Below the pieces are notes generated by a model. It was not told the origin of the DNA, made no database searches, and saw only the letters and a program-made list of their open reading frames with translations. The translations under genes were made by a program, and so were the position numbers. Below are positions 1 through 13,363 of a stretch of DNA of 64,000 bases, piece by piece (within the stretch, counting starts at the first letter, position 1; each line of letters opens with the position of its first letter). The stretch is from Octopus sinensis (Eukaryota). The stretch lies in NCBI RefSeq assembly GCF_006345805.1, contig NC_043012.1:24738001-24802000 (forward strand). The letters run 5' to 3'.

Positions 1-254
1 AACCAACTGCTAACTTACACTTAGTCAAGCATTTCGACATAGAGATCGATAAAATAAACATCAGATTTTAAAATCTCTACTACGAGTTGACATGGACGAC
101 TAAAACTCTTCTAAAAGATACTCCAGAATGGCCGCAGTTCTTTAATTTGGACAAATAAAAAAAGAAAAGAAAAACAACTTGTCAGTGATATAAACAGATG
201 TTAATTTATGCAAGGAATTAATTATAAAAGCACTCGATAATTCATGTCTTTTTT

Positions 255-799
255 CTCTCTTTTTACTTGTTTCAGTCATTTGACTGTGGCCACGCTGGAG
301 CACTGCCTTTAGTCGAGCAAATCGACCCCAGGACTTATTTTTTGTAAGCCCAGTAGTTAGCTAGTTAATTTTTTGGCTCAAAAAGCAAAAAGCAAGGCAA
401 TGTAGGGGGACATGGAGTTATGTACAGGGTGGTGTTCATGTAGAGAGTTCAGGCCACTTGAGGTCAAGGGAGACTTTGAACCGAGCGGTCGTCGGCATCT
501 TCACCATCTCGTCGTCTCGTTTTCCGAACCGCTAAGTTACGGGGACATAAACACACCTGCATCGGTTGTCAAGCGATGTTGGGGGAACAAACACTGATAC
601 ACAAACACACACACACATATATATATGTATGTATACGATGGGCTTCTTGCAGTTTCCGTCTACCAAATTCACTCACAAGGCTTTGGTCGGCCCGAGGCTA
701 TAGTAGAAGACACTTGCCCAAGGTGCCACGCAGTGGGACTGAACCCGGAGCCATGTGGTTCGTTAGCAAGCTACTTACCACACAGCCACTCCTACGCCT
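255..799 (-). mobile_element. tRNA-derived SINE family A with a ~170-bp nested insert (~355-525)
   Basis: Minus-strand head ggcgtaggagTGGCTGTGTGGtaag...GGTTCAGTCCCac, internal (TA)/(TG) tract, tail gactgaaacaagtaaaaaagag. Confidence 0.85.
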
Positions 800-1051
800 G
801 CATTGTTACGAATGCATTAATTATTTCTTGATTCCACTTGTTGATTAGTTATCTAAATATTTAGTGATAAAAAATAATCGATGATTAATGAGTACTCATT
901 GTTGCGAATGTGTTAATTGTTGATATTCATTGATGCAGGCTTGTTCGTAATTTTAGAACTGTCGCCATTTGAACGAAACTCTGTTGCTAATGTTTCAACT
1001 GTTAAATTAATGCTAATTTGTTAATGTTCATTTTGGTTTCTCTCTTTGCAG

Positions 1052-1243
1052 ACAAGCTTTCGCTCCACCCTCAGATATCCGCCCCAAAGGTCCACTGAAG
1101 TTCTCACCATGGAAACACCAACAACAGTAATAACAGCAGAAAGCAGCAGCAACACCACCAAGAACAACTCTAACAGAATATCAACAGCAGCAACAACAGC
1201 AGCAGCAACAGCTTCAGCAACATCAGGAATGGCATTTACATAA
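1052..1243 (+). other. Candidate terminal exon of an unidentified plus-strand gene starting upstream of the window
   Basis: Branch-point-like tgctaat (~1011-1017), then ttttggtttctctctttgcag|. Followed by non-repeat sequence and a CAG/CAA/GCA-rich tract. Reading frame unresolved. Confidence 0.3.
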
Positions 1244-1640
1244 CTGCAAGACCTAGAAAATATCTGTGCGCATGCGTGCGCGCGCGTGTGTATGTGTGTG
1301 GATGGATGCGCTTGTATGTAAGCATATATGATTGTACGTATGTGTATGTGTGTGTACGAATGTTAATGTAAAATTTAAGGAATATTTTATAAACAATTGC
1401 ATATTTAGTAAGACAAAAAAACACACACACACACTACCACAACAAACACCATCACCACCACTAATAGTAATAATAATAACAACAACAACAACAACAGAGA
1501 AATGTTGATGATACGGACTATATAACAAATATGTGATAACAGCAATTATAACGACAACAGCAACAACAACATCAATAATGATAATAACAACAACAATAGT
1601 AACCACAATATTAATTTCTTTATTGCTTTTTGAGAGTTGG

Positions 1641-1675
<35 letters not shown>

Positions 1676-1737
1676 GTAATAATAATAATAATAACAATAA
1701 TAATAATAATAATATAATAATAATAATAATAATAATA

Positions 1738-1791
<54 letters not shown>

Positions 1792-2886
1792 TAGCGATGG
1801 TTATTTAATGTTGAAACACGGACATATTCATGCGAAGGTTGTTCAAAAATGAAGTAAATATATCGAGAAGCAGAAAAAAAGGTAACTACGACATGGTTTA
1901 GGGCCGTTGAGGTTTTAGAAATAGGGAAATATTTAACAACAACAACAACAACAACAACAATGATAATAATGTTTTGTTATTTGCCACAAGGGCGACGGAC
2001 GAAGAGACATTACTGGAACAAGCTACAAAAATTAAGGAACCCCCCCCCCGATTTTAATAGAGCAGCAATGATAAACGGAATCACCAATTTGATCTTCATA
2101 CCACTCGTGTTACCATGCATTAAAGGCGATGGTTTGCCTAAATTGGTTGAATGAAGGAGAAAATATCTTGCAGTATTCGCTCGTGACCCTTTCCCGGTTT
2201 GATTTCAAATCCCTTGCGGATTCAACTTCCGCTTTCTTTCGCTTCCTCCAGGGGTCGATGACCTACGCATCGGGGTATCGTTACATTCGAGTATACCATC
2301 TTCCAAAAAATGTGTGGCTTTTGGTGGGATAAGAAAAGTATTTATTATATTGTTGTTGTTGGTGTTGTTGTGAACAGTCTTCAAGAAATAAAAAAAATAG
2401 TGGAAAACATCGGGACAAAATTTTGCTTGAAATTAAAATCTCGCTGCCCATTCACAAGTGCACGTACATACACGATATCTCCATGTGCGCGCGCGCGCAC
2501 ACACACACACACACACACATGAACACACACACACACACACGAACGCACAAACACAAGCATACACACACACGCACACATGCATACATACGCACACACGTTA
2601 TTTTCATTTTTAAGTTTTGAAACAGATACTTTAAAAGTACGGGATCTCGAAGTTCCTTTATATCACCTGTCAAAATATACTTAATTCAACAAATGCTATA
2701 CCCGTAACTCAAAACACCCGTGTAACTTTCTCAGGTGTTTCCAGCTTCAAAAATAAAAAAATATATATATATTTTACAAAACTTACTGAGCAAATATACA
2801 TTGCTTTCTTCTCGTTGCAATACTTAGATTTAAACACACTCACAGAAACGCATACATACACATACATACATACATACATACATACA

Positions 2887-2976
<90 letters not shown>

Positions 2977-3659
2977 ATATATATATGTTGTGTGTGTTAT
3001 TTCTAAATTTTATTTTTTAGTTTTCTAGTTATAATGATCTAGAATGTCTGGGGTTTTTTATTTGCCTGATGCGTTACTTTGTCAACTGTTTTAAATGTAA
3101 CTTACTTTCTATTATGTGTTGGGTTCTTTATCAGAAAAAAAAAATGCAATAACACCAGATATAAACCATTCAGGAATAATGCGCCGAATTATATTTCACT
3201 GATCAGAAATAAACTGTAGTTGTGAAGCAACAGACAACAAAAAAAAAAAAAAAAAAAGGAAAAGGAAGCAAAGGAAAGAAACCTCAGTGATGGTAACAAC
3301 TTTGTGCTTCTTGAATGGGGAAAACCTAAATGCGCATTAAAACGAAAACCAAAGGAAAATGGCATACAAGTCATGAATTCTTTGTAGCAGTTATGATGAA
3401 CGAATTTGAATATTATATTAATTATAATATACTATTATAATTATATATCTCTAAATTATATGTTAAATTATGAAATAAAGATGAGGAAAAAAGAAAATAT
3501 ATATTTGGTGGTTCTTTTCTTATTTTGCTTTTATTTTTGCAGTGAGTCGTAACTGGCCCAATCGTTTGATTTCAGATTGTTGGTACAGTGAGAAAAGTGT
3601 TCGACGCTCGTGTCCTATCATCAACTACTGCTGGGGGCAGGGGTTAAGGTAGCCCTTTG

Positions 3660-3916
3660 CGCATTAGTGTCCCGAGACCTAGTATTCCATAGGCCGGTTA
3701 CAAGGTTTCCAAGGCATACGCGTGACCGAAATCACAACACCGCTCCTGGACGGGACGCCAGTTCGTTGTAGGGTCATTTACTTACAGCTGAATTGAGTGG
3801 GACAATGCGAAATGAGATGTTTTGCCCAAGAACACGATGCACTGCCTGTTCTGGGAATCGAAACCACGACCTTACGCCCGTCAGTGCAACACCCTAACTA
3901 CTTGACCATGCGCCTT
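3660..3916 (-). mobile_element. tRNA-derived SINE family D
   Basis: Minus-strand head ggcgcatggtcaagtagttagggtgttgcac...ggtttcgattccc, followed by gtgttcttgggcaaaac. Confidence 0.65.
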
Positions 3917-4312
3917 TATATGGGCGTTGTGGATAGGATACACATTTTTATCTTGCTGGTATAAAGACTTCAACTTACCCCTCGCCCATTTCACGTTACG
4001 CCCCGGTAATCTGAAACCGATTTCAAATTACCTCTGGGGTTAGCCCGAAGCCGATTTCAAATTATCCCTGCACTTTTCACATTAGCCCCCACCATTGATT
4101 TCGCTAAAATAATAAATTCTAACGCTTATTAATCATTATATAAATTTTAAAATGTAAAAAAAAAAAATTGGACTTTTAGACTTTGCCAAACATTTTATGG
4201 TGCCTTTAAAAGTGGAAATCTGCAACATTTTAAAATAAAAACATTGATTTTTTTTTTATGAGAAACTGATTTGGATTAACACACACAGGCTTTAAATGTA
4301 AACAATATATCA

Positions 4313-4606
4313 ATATTCTGTTGTGTCTGGAGAGGGGGGAGTCATTCTCTTTTGGTGCCTTATTATTTAACACAACGGTAAAATTTCAACTCATTTCCTT
4401 CTTTATTTTTCTAAAATTTTCGTTGCGCCTTGCAACCTTTTCAATAGTTTTCAAGAGTCAAAACTATTGGAAAGGTTGCAAGACGCAACGAAAATTTTAG
4501 AAAAATTTAGAAAAATAAGAAAAAAACAAGTGAAAATTTTACCGGTGAGTGTGTTGGATTATAAGGCACAAAAAGAGAATGACTTTCCTCAGACACAACA
4601 GAATAT
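4313..4606. mobile_element. Fold-back (palindromic) MITE, ~294 bp
   Basis: atattctgttgtgtctg pairs with cagacacaacagaatat. Inner arms ctaaaattttcgttgcg.cttgcaacctt..caatagtttt / aaaactattg.aaaggttgcaag.cgcaacgaaaattttag. Confidence 0.75.
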
Positions 4607-4792
4607 GCTTCAACACACGAACTCACATAAAGAATCTTGCAAACGTGAAATAAAGTATCTTGCTCAAGGACTCAACACGCCGCCTGGAAATCGATCTCAC
4701 GACCTTACAATCGTGAGCCGAATACCGTAACCACTGAGCCGTGCGCCTTCTAGATATATAGCAACAACAACAACAATAGCAGAATAATATAC

Positions 4793-4954
4793 GCCGGTGT
4801 GGCTATGTGATAAGAAGCTTGCTTACCAGCCACAAAGTTCCAGGTTCAGTCCCACTGCGTGGCACTTTGGGCGAGTGTCTTCTACTGTATCATTGGGCCG
4901 ACCAAAGCATTGTGAGTAGATTTGGTAGACGAAAATTGAAAGAAGCCCGTCGTG

Positions 4955-5001
<47 letters not shown>

Positions 5002-5225
5002 TTATATGTGTGTGTCTTTGTGTCTACATTTGTTCCCCCACCATCACTTGACAACCGATGTTCGTGTGTTTATGTTCCTCAAACTTAGCGGTTCGGCAAA
5101 TGAGACCGATAGAATAAGTATTACGCTTACAAAAGATAAGTCATGGAGGCGATTTCTTCGACTAAATGCGGTGATCCAGCATGGCCACAGTCAAATGACT
5201 GAAACGGGTAAAAGAGTAAAAGAGG
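4793..5225 (+). mobile_element. SINE family A
   Basis: Same head, body and tail as the other family A copies. Confidence 0.85.
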
Positions 5226-5569
5226 GAATGATCAACTGGGATGTGAGTGGGGATAAAAGTCCCCCAAAAAACTAATGCCTCGTCTAGTGGTTGAAGGTTT
5301 TGCCCTTGGCAAAACCTCCAGCCAAGACAAGTTTCCGCCCAATGAGTGTGTGAGTTCGAAGAAAAAAAAGCTGCTGTTTAATTTCAGTCAATCAGAACAA
5401 GTCAGAGGAAAAAGGAAGTCGGGGTTGGTGGCGAGAATAAACGCATTCTTGGGCAGATTTCAAGTGTCGCGAAATTTCCGCAGGTCTCTTGCACCTGTTA
5501 ATTAAGATAAGGGTTATAAGAGTGTCTTCCCCCCCCCCCCCGCCATCCCCGAGAACCGTCGCTACGCCA

Positions 5570-5649
5570 CAGTGTCTTCTACTATAGCCACGAGCTGACC
5601 AAAGCCTTCTGAGTGGATTTGGTGACGGAAACTGAAAGAAGCCCGTCGT

Positions 5650-5681
<32 letters not shown>

Positions 5682-5885
5682 TGTGCTTGTGAGTCTGTTT
5701 GTCCCCCCCCCATCACTTGACAACCGACTTTGGTGTACTTACGTCCCCATAACTTAGCGGCTAGGCAAAAGAGAATGATAGAATAAGTGCTAGGCCTTAC
5801 AAGAATAAGTCCTGGGGTCGATTTGTTCGACTAAAGGCGGTGCTCCAGCATGGCTCTAATCAAATGACTGAAACAAGTAAAAGAT
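5570..5885 (+). mobile_element. SINE family A, 5'-truncated
   Basis: gtgtcttctactatag...gactgaaacaagtaaaaga. Confidence 0.8.
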
Positions 5886-6176
5886 ATTTAAAAATTCCAC
5901 CTTTTAAGGTTTATCCCAAAATAAGTCATCTAATGTTTCTTTTATTCTTTAGACATAGTGAATCGAGGGCTACAATATTCAGTATCATTCCATTTTTCCT
6001 AATAAATGAAGGCGATTTGGTTTCTATGTCTAGCAGGTTCCACACTTGTATAGAAGCATTTCCAAAGATTTACGTGTGTGTTTAGCGTTGCATATTCTGG
6101 AGAAAAGGGATTTATAGATAAACTACTTTTCTATTGTGTTTGTGCCCCCGTCAAATTTATTATATAAAGTAGAAGA

Positions 6177-6408
6177 AGGCGGCGAGCTGGCTGAATCGTT
6201 AGCACGCCGGGCGAAATGCGTAGCCGTATTTCGTCTGTCGTTACGTTGTGAGTTCAAATTCCGCCGAGGTCGACTTTGCCTTTCATCCTTTCGGGGACGA
6301 TAAATTAAGTACCAGTTACGCACTGGAGTCGATGTAATTGACTTAATCCCTTCGTCTGTCCTTGTTTGTCCCCTCTATGTTTGGCCCCTTCTGGGTAATA
6401 AAGAAATA
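6177..6408 (+). mobile_element. tRNA-derived SINE family B
   Basis: ggcggcgagcTGGCtGAATCGttag...GAGTTCAAATTCcgccgaggtcgactttgcctttcatcctttcgggg.cgataaattaagtaccag. Confidence 0.85.
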
Positions 6409-7661
6409 TATATGAAGTAGAAGAGATGTAATTCGAGGGTAAGCGCTCGCTAGGCAAACCATTTGACGCTGGTTCAATTCCCGGCCAAGCCGTTTGTCTA
6501 TACCTATTTATTTTATCTCAGCCATTGCAGGAGCCTCTATGTAGTCACTCGACTTGCTAAAAATAGTAACCATACCACCAAGAAGTTACATTTTACCGCC
6601 TTGGAAAAATGAAGGCCAGATTGAATAAAGACATGATGGTTCCTGGCTGAAACATTTCTCATAAAATGTGTATTCGATCGCGGCTAACCTGAAGGCTAAA
6701 CCACAGTAACAACTTGTTCATATCCGACTAGAAAGAGAGATTTTGATAAATCAAGAATTTATGTTGTACAATATTTGATATACCTGTATTTTTGTCTGTT
6801 GTTCAAATACATGCGTTCTGGCCCCTGTGAGTTATTTCTCTTAGCTCATTTTCGTTTAAATTATGCAAATTGCCTATGCCATCAATGTGTTCTACTCTTT
6901 TTTGTATAAGTCTAAGTCCCTTTGCTACGTGACAATTGCTGATGGTAGCTACTGAGTCAGTAACATGTGTCCACCACTGTTCTCATATCTCCACACAGTA
7001 ATCTTGTCCTTTCTCATACTGTCATGTCATCTATGGCGAATTGAATCTTTAGATTATCTCCCCTTCCCATTTGGAGTTAATGTCCTCCAGGGGCGGATAC
7101 AGTTTTAAGAAATCAAGAAGTTAGACTATTTGTATTTGTCTATAGTTAACTTGTCACCAGGCTTACTGGCCTACAAACAATTATTCGAACACGAAGCCGT
7201 CACTACTCACTTATCGACCGAACCCAACATAATACTTTGATATCATTACTTCCGGATTATTTACGATTTCAATCCGATGGAGAGTTCCTGCTAAATTCTG
7301 GAAACAAGAAATTAAGAGCTTTACTTAATTAATGAGTTTAGATTGTAATGTTGGATTCATCCTTCCTATGAGAATAAAACAGAACAACGAAGAAACAGCT
7401 CCTAAATGGTCGCTCTGCATGCAGAAAATAGCAGCTGAATTCTTTCAAATTACACCAGTAAAGAAATTACTTTCAGTAAAGAAACGATACTGGACAATAT
7501 AGTCGTCCCTAGACATACAGGTAGGCATGATGGTCCCGGTTGGAAAGCCTTAATTTTATCATAGGTTTAGTCAATCAGAACTAATCTGGAACTCAACAAC
7601 AACATGGAGAAAGAAAATAGTTTAAAAAATCAAAACACCGAAGGAAGAAAATAACACTACC

Positions 7662-7693
<32 letters not shown>

Positions 7694-8250
7694 CAAAAAC
7701 ATGGAGGGAGAAAATAGAAACAACCTCTTTTCTACTAATTTGCTGGAAATAATATCAAGGGCGACTTCACCACTAAATCTCCTAATATTAAAATTCCCTT
7801 AAACAATATATCGTGCAGTGATGCAATTTTATTATGAGATACTCATCAGATATGCATTTGCAGTTTATTAAATTAAGTTGCTACGTCACGACATATTTGG
7901 TAAAACAATGTTATAGGCCGCACACAAAGTATCTGAAGAAAACATTTAATGTATTTAATGCGTCTAAAATTACATAATTAAATAGCATTTTGCATCACGT
8001 TTTATTTTGGGAAGAAAAATTATCGAACAAATTGTAAAACACGGTGAAATGTATTCATATAATTGCGGGATATTATCTGCATCACATAAAATAGAACTGC
8101 ATTATTAAGCGTCGTTAAACGTCTTCAGTCGCCCAATTAAGCACATTATGTATTAAAAATTTGAATAATTAAACCACTTTATGCGTATGTATCTATATAT
8201 ACAAACGCATATATTCAAACACACTCACACATACATACATTCATGCATAC

Positions 8251-8336
<86 letters not shown>

Positions 8337-8531
8337 GTGTGTATGTATGTATATATATGTAATGAGCTCAAAGAAATAATCCAGGGGTGCAAATGACATG
8401 TATTTGGTTAATTAAGCTAATGGACGCTATATTGAAAGCCGTACGCAATAAATTCTAAATTCATTGATATTTCTCTCTAAATTGGAGACGGAAAGCAAAG
8501 TAAATAAATAAATAGACAAATAATAATAATG

Positions 8532-8615
<84 letters not shown>

Positions 8616-8618
8616 GTA

Positions 8619-8955
8619 TGTCTCTAAAAGAAATGGAGAAACTTTCAAAATACAAAGACCTGGAAATGGAGGTAACCAGAATGTGGAATCTAAAAACAGA
8701 AACAATTCCTATCATAGTAGGCGCATTAGGCATGATAAAAAAATATTCAGACAAATACATAACAAAAACACCAGAACTTACAAACACATATAACATACAG
8801 AAAATTGCACTACTAGGCACTGCACACATCCTACGCAGAACACTTTCCATACAATAACCATCAGAGCATCACAACAAATCACAGTACATACCCAAGGCAC
8901 ACAGAGCTGCGCTCGGTAGTGAAGTGAAAGCACGCTATAAAAAATAAAACTACTG
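8619..8955 (+). mobile_element. 5'-truncated R4/Dong-like LINE, family 1 (3' end only)
   Basis: SLKEMEKLSKYKDLE...PIIVGALG...QKIALLGTAHILRRTLSIQ* with the same 3' UTR; embedded in (AAT)n. Confidence 0.9.
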
Positions 8956-9725
8956 AATAATAGTAATAATAATAATAATAACAATAATAATAGTTTGGGT
9001 AATTCACCTCTGGAAACATGGGTTTTGTTCATCGTTCTTAAACAAACGTTGTTGAGGAACTTTTTAAGCGAGATTCGCTACTCAACCCGAAGAAAATTCT
9101 AACTGGGCCCCCACCTTCAAGGTCATGCGCTGTTTGTCTTGATATAAGATCGCCATGTTGCACACATATAGTTGTGATGCATGTGCCTAGTGTACCTTCT
9201 TATTAGACAGGTAGTCATGATGGATATATTGGGCTTCGTATATTTGTAACCCAGTGTCACTTTGATGACATATGTTGCTAAATAAATACATAAATAAATG
9301 AAAGATAACAAAAACCTGCGACAATTGTTAGCAACTCTAAAGGAGGAAGGGAGATAAGTGTAAGGAATGAAACAAATTCCTCGAATAATTTTATATGCTC
9401 AGGAGAAATGATGGTTTGGTCTTTACTTTCAGGGAATTAAGAATCCGTCGCTGCTATATTCAATACACTACACCCTCACTTTAGTAGACAAATACATGAC
9501 ATGGAATTCTTTCGGGTAAGAATTCCATGCCATGGCTGTGTGGTAAGAAGTTTACTTCAAGCTGCATAGTCGCAGGGTCAATCCCAAGGTCAGTCCCACT
9601 GCGTGATGTCTTGGGCAAGTGTCTTCTACTATATAGCTCGGGCCGACCAAAACCTTGTGAATGAATTTGGCAAATGTAAATTGAAAGCAGTTCGCGTTGT
9701 GTCTGTGTATATCTATCTATATATA

Positions 9726-10087
9726 TCTATATATATAAACGGCAAAATGTCTGTGTGTGTGTCCTTTATACAAATCCGCAATTTTTCAGTTAGAGAGCTC
9801 GCACTTTCTATGGTCATTGAAAACCGTCCAAGTGTGGTCGTGCACATCTTTACATTTCCCCAGTCATCCCGCAGAGTCATTAAAAAATCAATAGAAGTGA
9901 CTTTTTTGTGAATTTTCTATCCAAAACCCAATCAAAATGCCCAAAACTTGATACACCAATTGAAAGCTTGCTAGCTGTATGTGATTGGTCGGAGATTTGG
10001 ACAGTACTCGTGTGTATGTGTGCACGCATGCAGCTGTATATGCATGCACTAGCACTATGACCCGGCGTTGCCGGGTCATAGTGCTAG
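9726..10087 (+). mobile_element. Non-autonomous Helitron (~360 bp) inserted in the microsatellite of a SINE
   Basis: a|TCTATATATATAAAC 5' end; 3' hairpin cccggc-gtt-gccggg followed by CTAG|t; A|T target. Confidence 0.75.
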
Positions 10088-10511
10088 TATATAATAATAA
10101 TATAAATAATATATAAATATATGCATATATACATACATATATGTACATACTTACATATATATGTATATATACATGCATATATGGGTATAGGACATCAAAA
10201 AAACGTTGAACACAATGAGAAATGAAAACATAAAAACAAAAACATAGAAACGAACTTTTTTCGGACAACGAAAAAAAAACAAAAAAAAAACAAACAAACA
10301 GAGAAACGACACATACAACATAAAGAATATTCCTCTTCTTCATTTGTCCCTGTTTCATCTACTCCACGCGACTTCCTTGAAACAGTCCTTCCCGCAAAGC
10401 AGATTAACTAAAATTTGGAATTTTTTTTTTTGCGGAGGGTGAAAGTGGTATCAAGAACAGGACATTGAGAACAAAACAATAGAAACAATAAAATAGTAAG
10501 AGAGAGAGAAA

Positions 10512-10868
10512 GCACTCCGTCGGTTACGACGATGAGGGTTCCGGTTGATCCGACCAACAGAACAGCCTGCTCGTGAAATTAACGTGTAAGTGGCTGAGCA
10601 CTCCACAGACACGTGTATCCTTAACGTAGTTCTCGGGGATATTCAGCGTGACACAGAGAGTGACAAGGCCGGCCCTTTGAAATACAGGTACAACAGAAAC
10701 AGGAAGAAAGAGTGAGAGAAAGTTGCGGTGAAAGGGTACAGCAGGGATCACCACCATCTCCTGCCGGAGTCTCGTGGAGCTTTAGGTGTTTTCGCTCAAT
10801 AAACACTCACAACGCCCTGTCTGGGAATCGAAACCGCGATCCTAACTACTGGGCCATTGCGCCTCCAC
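10512..10868 (-). mobile_element. tRNA-derived SINE family C
   Basis: Homologous to 37199-37588 and 56711-57103, with a deletion in the head. Confidence 0.85.
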
Positions 10869-11420
10869 TAATAAAATAGTAAAAATAGTAAAAGATAGAA
10901 CAATGAGAACAAAACAGTAAAAGCAAACGATGAGGGTTGTTAAGCCAAGACGATGGAAAAATTATTCTGAACGTTTAGGGAGACGAGTTTATGAAGAGAC
11001 AGGATAAGCTAGTCTGGTCTTTGTGAAGGTAGTAGTCGAAAAGAGAGATTCCCCTTTTAAAAGTCTTTTATCTTTTACTTGTTTCAGTCAGTGAAACGCG
11101 GCCACGCTGGGGCACTGCCTTAAAGTGTTTTTAGTCGACAAATGGATCTCAATACTAATTTTCTTTTCAAGTCTACTTATACCATCGGACTCCATTGCCG
11201 AACCGCTAAGTTGCGGAGACGTAAACAAACACTTGTTATCAAGTGGTGGGGGAAGGACGTACACACACATTCACTCACACACACACACACACACGGTTGG
11301 CTTCCGCATAGTTTCCATTAGTCTACCTGGGGCAGCATTAGAAGACGATGTGCTATGCAAGGAAGGGGGGTGGTGTGAAATCGAAACCTTGTGCGCGCGC
11401 GTGTGTGTGTATGTGTGAGA

Positions 11421-11840
11421 GTGTGTTCACGCGTGTAAATATATATATATATATATTTATATTGTAGAGAGAGAGAGAGAGACAGAGAGACAGAGAGAGA
11501 GACAGAGAGAGAGACAGAGAGAGTGTCAGACACACGGACGGATGTCTTTGAACGTCTTGGTAACCAGTAATAAGAACCAGAGGTTTTTTTTGGACGGTTA
11601 GTAGGCACGGTGACCCTCAACCAGTTTTGTTCCACGTGTGAGGGTGTGTTCATGCGTGTAAATATATATATATATATATATATTTATATTGTAGAGAGAG
11701 AGAGAGAGACAGAGAGACAGAGAGAGTGTCAGACACACGGACGGATGTCTTTGAACGTCTTGGTAACCAGTAATAAGAACCAGAGGTTTTTTTGGGACGG
11801 TTAGTAGGCACGTTGACCCTCAACCAGTTTTGTTCCACGT
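11421..11840. repeat. Tandem duplication (~200-220 bp unit) overlapping the GRL-A stop codon and 3' UTR
   Basis: 11421-11637 vs 11644-11840; a few substitutions plus microsatellite length differences. Confidence 0.9.
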
Positions 11841-11942
11841 ACGATTTGTGCTATTCGAACACATGCACAAAGACAACTTAGTTTCAGCCGAATCTCGGAA
11901 CTGCACCATCAATATGAAATACGTCACTAACATTCCGGCAAC
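11820..11942 (-). CDS. GRL-A terminal exon 4 (VAGMLVTYFILMVQFRDSAETKLSLCMCSNSTNRTWNKTG*)
   Basis: Acceptor tttctatcttttcag|, phase 0. Contains TYFILMVQF, the TYhhhhhQF signature of the Gr/GRL TM7b pore helix. TGA stop at 11822-11820. Confidence 0.93.
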   Translation of the reverse strand, partial: VAGMLVTYFILMVQFRDSAETKLSLCMCSNSTNRTWNKTG

Positions 11943-12224
11943 CTGAAAAGATAGAAACAAATGTAGTATAAAGAGTAAGCATACTCTAATGTGGTCAAGA
12001 AGCTCATGGTTTCGGATTCAATGCCACTGGTCAGTGCCCCGGACAAGTGTCTTCCATTCCACTATAGCCCCGGGACGGCTAAAGTCTCTTGAGTGAACCA
12101 AGTGGACAGAGACTGTGTAAAAGCCCAATATGCTTATGTATATATATATATATATATAAAGTTAATCCAAACATGAAAACACAAAGAGAAAACACAACAA
12201 CGTGAGGACGTGGAACAAATATAG

Positions 12225-12301
<77 letters not shown>

Positions 12302-12820
12302 TTAACTACTTTCTATATGGTTTTGTATGGATAATATCGTTCAGTATTGATTGAATTGCTAAATAAAGGTTTTGTCTCTATGTATATAGATATGTGTGCG
12401 TATACAGTATATTATATATACTCGCACTTATAAAACCGTTAATTTTTTTTTTCAGTTGCTATAACGACTTTCAGTTTAGAGTATTGGATTTATTTATATA
12501 TATTTATCGACATAAATATCAGATTAATTAGTAACTAGTGACTTATTTTCAATTTGTAAATTATTCAATGGCTGGAATGCTATTGACATTATCACAATCA
12601 TCATCATCATCATCATCAACACCAACACCAACGTCACCACCACCACCACCACCACCATCATAATCCTCATCGTCGTCGTCGTCATCATCATCATCATCAT
12701 CATCATTGCAATTATTATTTCTACTATTATTGGGATCGATAAATTAAGTACCAGTTGAACACTCATCACCATCCCCTAAAATTGCTGCCCTTGTGGCAAA
12801 ATTTAAAATCATTGCTATTA

Positions 12821-12855
<35 letters not shown>

Positions 12856-13035
12856 TATTATTATTATTATATTACTTCGTGAGACAAAATGCTATTTATA
12901 AGTTCTGATTTCAAATTCTTTCGAGGTCGATTCTGCCTATCGTCCTTTCGGGGGTCGATAAATTAAGTACCAGTGAGACACTGGGGTCGATGTAATCAAC
13001 TAGTCCCCTCCACCAAAATTTGGAACCATTATGCT

Positions 13036-13066
<31 letters not shown>

Positions 13067-13296
13067 AAGACGGCGAACTGGCGGAATCGTTACTACGCCG
13101 GACCAAATGCTGAGCGGTATTTCGTTAGTCTAAGCTCTGAGTTCAAATTTTGATAACGTCGCCTTTGCCTTTTATTCTTTTGAGGGTCGATAAAATAACT
13201 ACCAACTGAGCACGGGGGTCGATGTAATTGAGTTAACAAATCCTTCGAAATTGTTGGCATTGCGCCGAAATTTTAAACCATTATTATTGTCATTAA

Positions 13297-13360
<64 letters not shown>

Positions 13361-13363
13361 GCT

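Noticed and set aside
10325-10360. Degenerate hammerhead-like core on the minus strand (aatgaagaagagg aatatt ctt)
   Set aside because: The C3 position is altered and there is no GAAA after stem II; at most a decayed remnant.
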